A DNA stretch of 64,000 bases from positions 6,076,001 through 6,140,000 of the forward strand of contig NW_026262668.1 in the NCBI RefSeq assembly GCF_021869535.1, in the 5' to 3' direction. This stretch comes from Mytilus californianus (lineage: Eukaryota). Shown here piece by piece: positions 12,778 to 23,817 of the stretch. The notes beneath the pieces are model-generated. The model did no database searches. It saw nothing but the letters and a program-made list of their open reading frames with translations, and was not told where the DNA came from. A program made the translations under genes and the position numbers. Positions within the stretch are counted from its first letter, which is position 1, and each line of letters begins with the position of its first letter.

Positions 12778-13440
12778 AAGCGCTTTTAGCCAACATGAAG
12801 TTAGAAGGAAAAGAACATGAGTTGAAATTTACTGCCAGTTCTAACCAGGTTACAATCCAACTCACCTGGATCAATGCCAAGGACTCGGACACTACATCCA
12901 GGAACCCTAAGCCGGCCCTGCAAAGGAAACAGAAGCCTCCATCTACCCGGAGACGAAATGCCGAGCGTTTCACCCAGTAGATGGACTCTAAAAAAAGCCG
13001 TTGCTTCCGCTGCTTCCCCTGTACCTACCACCAGTACTAGCGTAGATAACATCTGTCAGACGCAAGCCAGGGATACAGTCATTGGTATACCACTAACACC
13101 AACAAAGTATTGTGGAGAACCAGAGGTAGTCAACACCAAGACGAACATTTTCACTAGTCCGTACAACTCCCACAAGGCATGCCATCGCCGTTACTTCTAC
13201 ACTCCATCCAAACCTAGAAGTAAGCGTTGCAGGATAGATTTCACAGAGGGATTTGAAAGCGATGGGCCCGACCTACTTCGCACACCATCCCGTACTTCTC
13301 CAATATCCTTGCCAGATCCAGAGGCCATTCAAACTGCCTTTACCTTACAAGAACGGCCAGACACTCCGTACCAACCTCAACCACCAGGTTGGTGCAAGAT
13401 GAAAGGGAAAAGAACAGCAGATTCAACACTGCAAGAATAG
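12756..13440 (+). pseudogene. Unknown protein, unit B (paralogue of unit A, disrupted)
   Basis: MEIPNDLKALLANMK...RFTQ* has TAG at 12978 where unit A has Trp, then a +1 shift in an A-run. The next frame shares LTPTKY, TSPYN, KACHR and IDFxEGF with unit A. Confidence 0.7.
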
Positions 13441-13522
13441 GTTATTGTAGTCCGCAATATCTATCAAGATAGCCGGACGATAAAATCCAACATCAATCAA
13501 TTCAAGCCATTCAAATAAAGTA

Positions 13523-13730
13523 CTGTGGATTCATTTATTTTCGTGGGAACCATTTTTCGTGGATTGAGGAAAACTTGCACTTTCGTGGATATTTGATTTC
13601 GTGGTTTTGCCAAAATCTGCATACATTCTTATAGAAAATTAGTAATTAGTTGTACATTGGAATTCGTGGTTCCCGGGTAACCACGAAATCAACGAAAATT
13701 GGTATCTAGCGAATAATAATGAATCCACAG
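13523..13730. mobile_element. Tc1/mariner-type MITE (TA TSD)
   Basis: TA|CTGTGGATTCATT...AATGAATCCACAG|TA. Related copies at 41089-41312 and about 48980-49180. Confidence 0.85.
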
Positions 13731-13731
13731 T

Positions 13732-14934
13732 ATGGCAAATGCACAACTTCAACCACTTCAGTATATACAGAACAGAGATAGTTTAGTATTAGGAGGTCAC
13801 CGTTATAGTTTTAAGAATAGACGCAACAATAACAGAATCGACTGGAGATGCACTGTTTCAACATGTCCAGCAACAGTCAACACACATGAGGGTCACCCGA
13901 TTAAATTCAGTCCACCACACAACCACCAAGCTAACTCAACCGAGGTATCCAAAATCCTACAAACAATGAAACAAAGAGCCAAGACAGAGGTCACACCTAT
14001 TCCAAAACTATACGAGGAGGAGCTTGTCAAACTCTGTAACCCAGATTGGACAGACGACATCAAATAGATTGTAGAACAACTACCAACATATTACTCTGTT
14101 AAGACGTCATGTACCATCAAAGATCTCTAAATATACCCGTACTACCAAAGACAACAGCAGACACCAATCTTCAAGAAAAATGGTGCCATTTCACTAAAGG
14201 AGATCAGTTTCTTCTACCCTCTGACAACATCAACCCACCAATGCTTATATTCTCAACTACAGACAACCTTAGACACGTTGCTTCTGCTGACACTATCTTC
14301 TGTGATGGAACCTTCTACACATGCCCAACTCTGTTCCACCAGCTTTACACAATCCACGCAATGGTTGATGGTGCAATGTACAACACTGGCATACAGCTTA
14401 TTACCAGGAAAAGATACTGACAACTACATAAGATTATTCAGTCATCTCCAGTATATATCTCAACAGCACCAACAACATCTTCAACCCAGTACCATATTCA
14501 TCGAATATGAAACAGCTACGAACAATGCAGCTCGTGTCGTCTTCCCTGGTGTTCAAGTCAAAGGTTGCTTTTTCCACTTTACCCAATGTATTTGGCAAAA
14601 GACTCAGAAATGTGGACTGCAGACTTACTACAAACAAAACGACGACATCACAAAGCTTGTTCGACGGGCAGCAGTCTTACTATTAGTACCCTAGGACCAA
14701 CTTGAAGATGATTTGCTCGACACGTTAGAAGAAATAGCTGAAGCAGAGAATGTTCCTGACACAACCACTTTTACAGATTACGTCACCGAATATTGGACTG
14801 AAGGACATCACTTCCTCTGGAACCACTACCTGACTGAGGGACCAAGCACTACCAACCACTTGGAAGGCTGGCACAGTAAAATCAAGAAGATTGTCCAACA
14901 AGCACACCCAAATATCTATGAGATAGAGTTTTGA
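13732..14934 (+). pseudogene. MULE (Mutator-like) transposase with N-terminal FLYWCH zinc finger, decayed
   Basis: YSFK...WRCTVSTCPA...HNH (FLYWCH), FCDGTF (first catalytic D), GCFFHFTQC (CxxH) and TTNHLEGWH (catalytic E). In-frame stop at 14065 plus frameshifts. Confidence 0.9.
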
Positions 14935-15039
14935 ATAAATTAAACAGAAACAACATGAATTATTGACGGACTTAAGAATATAGAATAAAAATTAGTACAG
15001 GAAAAAAACCTATTAACTATAAAGGAACGATATATTATA

Positions 15040-15370
15040 AAAATGAAAAGATGTGGTATTATTGCCAATTAGACAACTCTCCAACAGACACCAAATGACA
15101 TAGAAGTTAACAACTATAGGCCACTGTCCGGCCTTTAGCAATCAGCAAAACCCATACCGCATTGTAATCTAGAAAAAAGATCCCGAAATGAAAAATGTAA
15201 AACAATTCAAACGAGAAAACTAACGGCCTGAGTAATGTACAAAACAATAAACAAAAAACAAATATGATACTAGTATACAGCAACAATCGACAATCACTGA
15301 ACTACATGCTTCTGACTTGGGACAGGCACATACAGAATGTGGCGTGGTTAAACATGTTTGCTGGCGCCAA
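15040..15370 (+). repeat. Abundant interspersed repeat (SINE-like, family not assigned)
   Basis: AGATGTGGT..ATTGCCAAT.AGACAAC...ACGGCCTTCAAC motif. Related copies at about 3360-3500, 48290-48570 (minus), 56160-56330 and 59330-59590. Confidence 0.65.
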
Positions 15371-15519
15371 AACCCTCCCCCTAATGTATTTATGATAAAC
15401 AACAGTATACGTTACGTCCAACACCATGATATCGGTTGCAATACTTCACTGAATATTACTTATAAGAGCTTCATAACAGTGCAGATTTATCGAAAGACAA
15501 TTTCATTTTTTGATAGATT

Positions 15520-15735
15520 GATTGATTGACTGGTGTTTAATGCCACTTTCGGCACTATTGTGCTATTTCATAGCAGTCAGTTTTTTTTATTGGTTGAAGA
15601 AGCCGGAGTGACCCGAGAGAACCACCGACCTTCGGTAGGTAAACTGACAATTCTAGTCAATTTAGATTGGAGTCGAGCGCTCCTGCCACGCCGGGATTCG
15701 ATCTCACAACATCAGTGTTGACAGACTAGTGAGTT
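15520..15735 (-). mobile_element. tRNA-derived SINE, 5' truncated
   Basis: Minus strand has a B-box-like GATCGAATCCC, a central GGTGGTTCTCTCGGGTCACTCCGGCTTCTTC domain and a (TCAA)n tail. Confidence 0.6.
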
Positions 15736-15759
15736 TATTTTGAAATAAGTAAACTCTTT

Positions 15760-16330
15760 GATAAGATGTTGAGGTAGTGTAGAGTAGAGAAATCATGACG
15801 AATTTTAATAGGTCGTAGTTTAACCAAGACTTCCAAAGAGTTTGTCACTTTCCTGAAATAGTTAATACCGCAATTAACTTTATCCCAATATTTCATAACA
15901 AGTTCCTTAAAGGTTATAAAAGCATATGTCAGAAGAACCAAACATGCGTAGTTGAACATTAATGCAGATATAAATCGAACTTTATAAGGTTTTTTTTCGC
16001 AATTAAGAAGGTTCATACATAGTGAAAACCATGTGGTATTCAGGAACTTTCAATTCAGTTACTAGTATTCTTAGAACGTGTTCTTACATTATCTTAATTC
16101 CTTCAATAGAAGTTGTAGGAAAGAAAGTCTTTGTCGTTGTGAATTTACTTTCGAGAGTTTCAGTAAAGTGCTTTCGCCAAACAAAGGCAACGTTGTTGGT
16201 TGCTTAGTAGGCAGGTGCAAAACAAAACGCCTTCCTAAGTCTAGAAATTGTTTTAGTAGAACGATTTTGATTAAACTTATTTTCGAAATGTTTTATACGA
16301 TTATTAAACAAGATTCGTGCATTTTTTTAA
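15760..16330 (-). mobile_element. Penelope-like reverse transcriptase remnant
   Basis: Decayed motifs PAY*ATNNVAFV, KKPYKVRFI and HDFSTLHY resemble PLE RT motifs (ADKAANN, HKxPYKxRFI, DFSTLY). Confidence 0.6.
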
Positions 16331-19300
16331 AGAAAGGATCCAATTCTTCGTCATTTGAACTCCGGTGTATAGTTGTCTCATTAACCATCATACCACATCT
16401 GCATATCTTTTTTTATATCTCTTTGTATCTATCTCTTCTGAACCAAGGTTTGCAACTAAAGACCAAAATATAGCGCTCAATAAGATATCAATTTGCACAA
16501 GACCAAATAACAGTGGGATTTCCAGTGACACTAGAACAATAGAAAAGTGACTCTTCTTATGAAAGAGATAGTAAAAGTAAAAAAAAAGGGAAGACAATTA
16601 ACACATAAAACTCGATATGCATAGGGATGAATATCTCTGAAAACACAAAACCATAATATAACTTTTATACAACCACTTTAAGTTAAGTATATTTTGAAGC
16701 TGAATTTGTTGATAAATGATTTTTTAGTTGCCAAATATGCTGCTAATTGAACAATTTATTGCTCAACATAGGGTGTATAAAAAACTGCCAATCTTGACTG
16801 CATATTTTTCTTTTTTTTTTTTTAAATATATATCAAACCTTAATAATGTAGCGTAATGAGGATTCAATTTTTAACGTGTTCCAAAATGTAGTTTCGCCAC
16901 AAGAATTTTTCAAAGTTGGGTCATTTTGTCTATATGAATGTCGGTAAATTCGTATGATCGAGCACACCGATAAGTGTATCTTTTGGACAACTCGATATAA
17001 TGTAATCAATATACGTGACAAATTATCTAATGTAAAGTGTATTGAAATCATCATAATATAAATGATCAACATATTATGTTTAAAAAAAACATGAGTCCTA
17101 TAATATAAGACTTTGAAGGTTCGTATCATTTACATTCAACGTTTTTTATCGGATGTTTTTTTACTATCAATGTAACCTCGAGGTCCAACATTGATAGTAA
17201 AAAAATCCCATAAAAAAACGTTGAATGTAAATGATATGAACCTTCGAATTTTTTTAATATAGGACTAGAAAACAAGTGTGTTAAAGAATAGACTTTGCAC
17301 TTTTATGATGTACAGGTATGCGCATCTTCCATATTCAAATCTGTTAAAAAAAAAATTTTAAATTGAAATACTTACATACTATGCAATAGTTTTGTCTTTG
17401 TTCAAAAATCATGAGTATTTTTATTTGGTATTTCTTTGATATGAATATACTCATTTCTCTAACTTTGATTTCCATTCTCAATTTTATCATGTTTATTGTC
17501 ATTTCATGTAGTATGTTGGAGTGTGTGCAAAATAAAAATATCCACCCGAGTCAAATTAAAAATGCACTTTTGTAGGTGTTGATTTAGAAGTCCGTATGTG
17601 AAATCTTTAATATATTTAGGTATAAATAGTGGCGGTTCCAGAAATTTTCCTTAAGGGAACTACCATTTATTACATTGGTAGCAATGAATTACATTGATTT
17701 CCCAGTCAAATAAAAACCGATAATTTCACATGTGAAATAAACGTGGTTATTTCACTCTCTGACGTCATACAACAAAAGGCGTTGTCAAGACGTCGATAAC
17801 GTCGGATCAAAACAAATTGTGAATGCGTAGAAAAAAGATATAGTTCCTTACATTTTCTACATTAATTTCATTAAAAAAAAAGCCATTTGCCAATGTAATA
17901 AAAAGAATAACTAATCAAAGAATTCAAATATCGAAAAATATTCAACTCGTGACCGAACAACACTGATAATTAACTCATGCGCTACGCGCATTCGTGAATT
18001 AATGTGTTGTTCGGTCACTCGTTGAATATTTTTCTCTATTTGAATTCTTCGATTAGTTATTCTATAATTAACTTTAAAAAAAGGGGGTATGGGGTTTTTT
18101 TTCTTTAAAAATATTATGATCCCCAATTTGATGAATTTTGTTTGTAATACTCTTATACAAACACTACATATATGAAAGTATTAGATGTTAAATCTGAATT
18201 TATTAATATATGAAAAATGTTTGACTCGGACAAAAAGAAATACCCCCCCCCCCCCCCCCTAAGGGATGCCCACTGACTGCCTTAAAGGGAGCCCGATCCA
18301 GTACTGCTTTAGTGTTTTCGTATGTAACTAACAAAATTTGTCTCACACTGAAAGGGGCGGCCGGACACCTTGCCCCCTATTCAGACTCTAATGAAAGTTT
18401 GAAATCAGGCGGGTAACATGCGAGGAGCTATTTTTAGAAAAAACTTGACTAGTTCTCTGACGTCCAACGACTGTTTCCCAGACAAGCACGGCCCCAGCTT
18501 GTCTGGAAAAACAGCCGTTGGACGTCTTGGTATAATCTCGGACCATAACTTGGTATGTCGTATTAACAAACAAATTAAATCATTATTTTGCCATAAACTT
18601 TGTGAACTACAATGTCATGCAAACTGAAACCAAAAGCCCATCCTTGATAACAAAAAAAATGTCAAGTGTGCCAAATGTGGAATTAAGACGGCAAACAGAT
18701 CGTATCATGATATGAACAAGCCAGTGGAGATTTTAAGAGAGTAACAAGACAATCATAGGTTATGATTCTTGGACCGTCTCTGTCCCAGTTGTAACATTTC
18801 TTTAGAATGCAAATGTGTCAAACCCCAGGGTCCTCCACAAAAAAGAGAAAGTCGGACACTTGTCAAATATGTCCCAATATAGCTTAAAACCTTCATAATA
18901 CTTTAGGCTAAAATTTAAACTGCGGCCTTATTTTAACTGTCGTTGATGCCAAAACATATATGTTCATGTTCAAAATTGAATATACAGATGAACTTTCGTG
19001 GGTCTTTCTTTTCCCTCAGTGACTAGCGTTTTCTTAAAATCACCTAGCCAGTTCTTTTGAAAACGTACTTCGATGCTGGATTAAAAGAAATTGCCAAATT
19101 AAGACACAAAGAAGATGGCCTCTTAACAGTCCAACAGCAATGCATTAACTTTATGAAAACTCATTTATTTCATCGTGACATCTTTCTATACAAAGCTCAG
19201 TTGCTCAGTTTCTTTATCAATTGAAATATAAAACATGAGCATTCAGAATTTACTTGTAAAATCACAAATGAAACAAAATATTGAAAGACGTGGTTTTACT

Positions 19301-20874
19301 GACAATTGAGGCAACAATATTGATTAAAGAAATCTTCAAGATTTTCAAAATATTACCGACAAAAGCCTTCAGTTGGGCAATCTTACTGTAATCTAATTAT
19401 CTCTACTGATAAATAATGCAACACTAATGACACACTTAAGTTTTGGAATAATTTTATTCACAGAGACTGTTTTTCATTGTACATTTCTTTGCTCTTGTCT
19501 TTTCGGAGTTCAAATTTGGAATTACTAATTGCTGCATGAAAGAGACTAGTTCCACTTTTCTATGCATATGATCGTCATATGTACTTGAAAATCATTCCAT
19601 AAACATCCGTTTGATATCCGTTCAATGCCAGAAGCTGTCTATTACCCAGCTGAGAGCAGTCCTCAGCTAGTGGTTTTTCTGCCACAATTACAAGGGAAAA
19701 CTGGCTACAACTTGCACTGGATCAGGCACTTGAATCTTACATCGATCTTGATGTTAAACAGTTAGTTTAAAGGCCCCTCCGGAACTGTTAGATTTTATGA
19801 CAGTCTTCCTTCCATACAGAACATCGCTGCAAAATAATTTGACCATTCAATTAGGTAATTATATTTTAATAATATTATTTGGCAATCCAAAGAGAACCTG
19901 AAAATATTAGACCAATGTTTGAACAGAGAAATGCCCCCAAAAACAGCCATTTTGCTAGACAATGAAATTTAAAAACCAGATAGATGCATGTGTCCCATAA
20001 TCTTTTGTTTCAGTTAAAAGTAAATGTAGATCAGATCATTGGCTCTAACCAAAATTTTAAACCGGTGTTTTGAATTCCAGTATTGTGATTGCCAAATTTA
20101 GCTGCCCCCTGAAAATCAAATGGTTGTTACCCCCCCCCCCCCCCCCCTAATTTGTTCAAGGTATGGTGGTTTGACCCCTTTTCGGCTTTCAGTACATCAT
20201 ATTGTATATCTTTAATGAAAATTGCATAAACTAGATGAATTTCTAGTAATTTTCTACGATATTATTTATCATTTGAAAAAATACCATGCATCTGATTTAA
20301 ATTGTTTCCTATTTGAAAAAGCGCGCCTTCTTTAACTTTAATTTACCTCCCTTTATTTCACGTAGCAACGCAAATAAAAAACTGCCATTCTTTGCTGCAT
20401 ATCAATTTTTTTCCCCGATAAAAATATATATCATGCAACATAATCAAATTTACAAATTGGGAGACAATCAAGGTGTTCCAACCGTTGGATAGTATTAAAA
20501 AAAATAATGAAAGGATGGCATGATTACAAGTTTGAACCCTGACGACACTGAAAATCGAAGATTCACGCATTTACCTATCATATGAAGATACGATGAGGTG
20601 ATAAACTTAACAATTAATAATTTACCTGATTCATTATCATATTCACAGTATGTTGACACGTCTTAGTTCGTCTGTGCTAGCTCATTTCAAACAAGCAAAA
20701 CAATTACAGCACCATCCGTTTTTCTTTACCGATCGCCTCTAGTCAGGAGAGCGCACTGTTTACAGGGGAGGTAATATTTTGTCACCAGTTCGTGCACTGA
20801 ATAAGGCTTCACATTAGTGACGTCATCTTGTTATAGAAATGAGAAAGCAGTTTGACATTAGTTAGATTGGCTAT

Positions 20875-22270
20875 AAACACAAGAATATCAGAGGATGTTT
20901 TTCATCAATTAAAATGGCTTTAGATACAAGAATATAAGAGGGTGTTTTTTATCTGTTAGAATGGCTTCATATGCAAGAGTATCAGAGGGTGTTTTTCATC
21001 AGCCAGAATGGCTTTAGATACAAGATTATCAGAAGGTGTTTTTCATCAGTAAGAATGGCTTAAGATACAAGAGTATCACCGAATGTTTTCATAAGTAAGA
21101 ATGGCTTTAGACACAAGAGTATCAGGGGATGTTTTTTATAAGTTAGATTGGCTTTAGATACAAGAGTATCAGAGGGTGTTTTTTATAAGTTAGAATGGCT
21201 TTAGATGCAATAGTATCAGAGGGTGTTTTTTCATAAATTAGAATGGCTTTAGAAACAAGAGTATCAGAGGGTATTTTTCATCACTCAGAATTGCTTTAGT
21301 TACAAGAGTATCAGAGGGTGTTTTCATAAGTTAGAATGGCTTTAGATGCAAGAGTATCAGCGGGTGTTTTTATAAGTTAGAATGATTTTAGATGAAATGT
21401 ATCATAGGATGTTTTCCATAAGTTAGTATGGCTTTAGATACAAGAGTATCAGAGGATGTTTTATAAGGTATATAGCTTTAGATGCTAGAGTATCAGTGGG
21501 TGTTTTTCATAAGTTAGAATAGCTTTAAATACAAAAGTATCAGTGGGTGTTTTTCATAAATTAGAATGGCTTTAGATACAAGAGTATCAGAGGGTGTTTT
21601 TGTTAAGTTTGAATGCCTTTAGATACAAGAGTATCAGAGGGTGTTTTTGTTAAGTTTGAATGCCTTTCGATACAAGAGTATCAAAGGGTGTTTTTCATAA
21701 GTTAGTATGGCTTTAGATACATGAGGATTAGAGGATGATTTCCTCGGTGAGAATGGCTTTAGATACAAGAGGATTAGAGGATGATTTCTTCGATGAGAAT
21801 AGCTTTAGATACAAGAGGATTAGAGGATGATTTCTTCGGTGAGAATAGCTTAAGATACAAGAGGATTAGAGGATGATTTCCTCGGTAAGAATAGCTTTAG
21901 ATACAAGAGGATTAGAGGATGATTTCCTCGGTGAGAATAGCTTTAGATACAAGAGGATTAGAGGATGATTTCCTCGGTGAGAATAGCTTTAGATACAAGA
22001 GGATTAGAGGATGATTTCCTCGGTGAGAATAGCTTTAGATACAAGAGGATTAGAGGATGATTTCCTCGGTGAGAATAGCTTTAGATACAAGAGGATTAGA
22101 GGATGATTTCCTCGGTGAGAATAGCTTTAGATACAAGAGGATTAGAGGATGATTTCCTCGGTGATAATAGCTTTAGATACAAGAGGATTAGAGGATGATT
22201 TCCTCGGTGAGAATAGCTTTAGATACAAGAGGATTAGAGGATGATTTCCTCGGTGAGAATAGCTTAAGAT
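20875..22270. repeat. 46-47-bp minisatellite, about 30 copies in two sub-arrays
   Basis: Diverged AGATACAAGAGTATCAGAGGGTGTTTTTCATAAGTTAGAATGGCTTT units run to about 21715, followed by near-identical AGATACAAGAGGATTAGAGGATGATTTCCTCGGTGAGAATAGCTTT units with period 46. Remnants at 22420-22555. Confidence 0.95.
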
Positions 22271-22704
22271 GCATGCATAACAGGAGACAGTTCATGCGAT
22301 TCCTTCAGAATCTGTTTGGTTAATTGATTTGTCTATTCCAATTCGATTTACGAGATTTGAAACAATTGTAAACTGCTGTAGCCTCAATAAGATACTAGAG
22401 GATATGAGGTTGTTATTCATTAGTTAGAATGACTTTAGATTCAAGAGTATTAGAGGATATTTTTCATCAGTGCGAATGGCTTTAGTTGCACGAGTATCAG
22501 AGCACTTTCAACAGTTACAATGGCTTCAGATACAAGAGTATCAGAGGATGTTTTATTTTTATTAATTGCGGCTTCCCAATTATGAACTTTCCATTTTCAT
22601 GTAGCAACATTAATTCCAACAGCGCCTGCATATGGATCACAGATCTTTTTGTTGATATTCAACTTTATATATTTATATATTTGGCTTTATAACTATTTTG
22701 ATCT

Positions 22705-22750
22705 GAGCGTCACTGATGAGTCTTATGTAGACGAAATGGGCGTCTGGCGT
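22705..22750 (+). ncRNA. Type I hammerhead ribozyme motif
   Basis: GAGCGTCA-CTGATGA-GTCT TATGT AGAC-GAAA-TGGGCG-TC-TGGCGT. Core and stem II intact, stem III mutated. Follows a PLE RT fragment at about 22560-22630. Confidence 0.7.
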
Positions 22751-23535
22751 ATTAAATTATAATCCTGGCACCTTTGATAACTATTGATACGATATTCTAT
22801 AGCTGGCATTTCCTATCATGATTTTCAGAGTTGCTACTTACAAGGAAGCTATTGAACCAATAGTTCCAAGTGGTGAAGCTAAAATCATTCCTTCGAATTT
22901 TTTACGGACGTCATCACGATTTGGTTGACCGCTATGGAATATCTCTTATAATTATAGGTGTTTATTTACATCACAGATGTTCCGTCATCCTGAATCATGT
23001 GTGAACAAAAATTTACAAATACCGAGACAGCAACCCAACGATTTCAATTACTACCACAAGACAACTAGATTGTAACATACATTGTATATCAAAAGACATG
23101 TGTCTTTACAATATATCAAGCTCTTAACCGTACATAGTCTGTAAAAAAGAGATTTATTAAAGATGTGCCAATAAAACAATCGAGATAACTGTGAATGTTT
23201 ATTCCCAAAGTCCTATATCCATACACCACATTTGATGTAAACTTGACCATATTTAAGGTTTCAAGTGGTATTTTGTTACACCAGCAGTTGTTGAATTTGT
23301 CCTAGACTAGCGTTTTCATTCCCACTTCCAGATGCGAGGAAACCCTTTATTTGGGTTGCAGGGAAGTTAAATGTCACCACTTTGAGAACACTTACACCGT
23401 GCAAAATGAAACAACACTTGAACTGGGTGATTTAATGACTCCAATCTAAGAGTTCAAAAACATGTTTGGTGCGCTATTTCCCTAGAAATGGCCATTAAAG
23501 TTTAAACGTTATTATCAGTTAACTCATTTTTACAG

Positions 23536-23817
23536 TGTATGCTTATGACAACAGAGGCTTCCGATACAGCGTTTCTCAGATGCACGTGAGAGACAAAAAT
23601 TCGAACCACAGTGTTGCCCAAAGTTCAGATGACAGTGTGTCTGTTGAAGTCAATGATTCACACCGGATACGAAGTAATTCCGACACTGACAGTGAAAGCG
23701 GAAAAGACGAAACGTATGACCTAAAGAAAAAACCAGATGGAGACGGCGAAGACGCCGCTTTATTAGGAGAGGGTGTTAAATTCAGGAATAAACCTAAAAA
23801 AGAACATCTTTGTTTGG
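23536..23817 (+). CDS. DCST1: DCST1 first identified exon (in-frame ATG at 23580)
   Basis: TTTTACAG acceptor and G|GTAAG donor; acidic/Ser-rich N-terminus; phase matches the next exon. Confidence 0.7.

Noticed and set aside
19826-20770. Minus-strand spliced gene (possibly DCST2) head-to-head with DCST1
   Set aside because: Splice-like sites exist at 20626, 20575 and 19826, but joining them gives only short peptides with no DCST2 similarity.
20818-20825. CRE palindrome TGACGTCA as a testis promoter element
   Set aside because: The same 8-mer occurs many times in repeats in this window, and the DCST1 start site is unknown.
21716-22270. Regular repeat array as a possible CRISPR
   Set aside because: Units are contiguous with no unique spacers, and the DNA is eukaryotic; it is a minisatellite. 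The same applies to 49873-50166.
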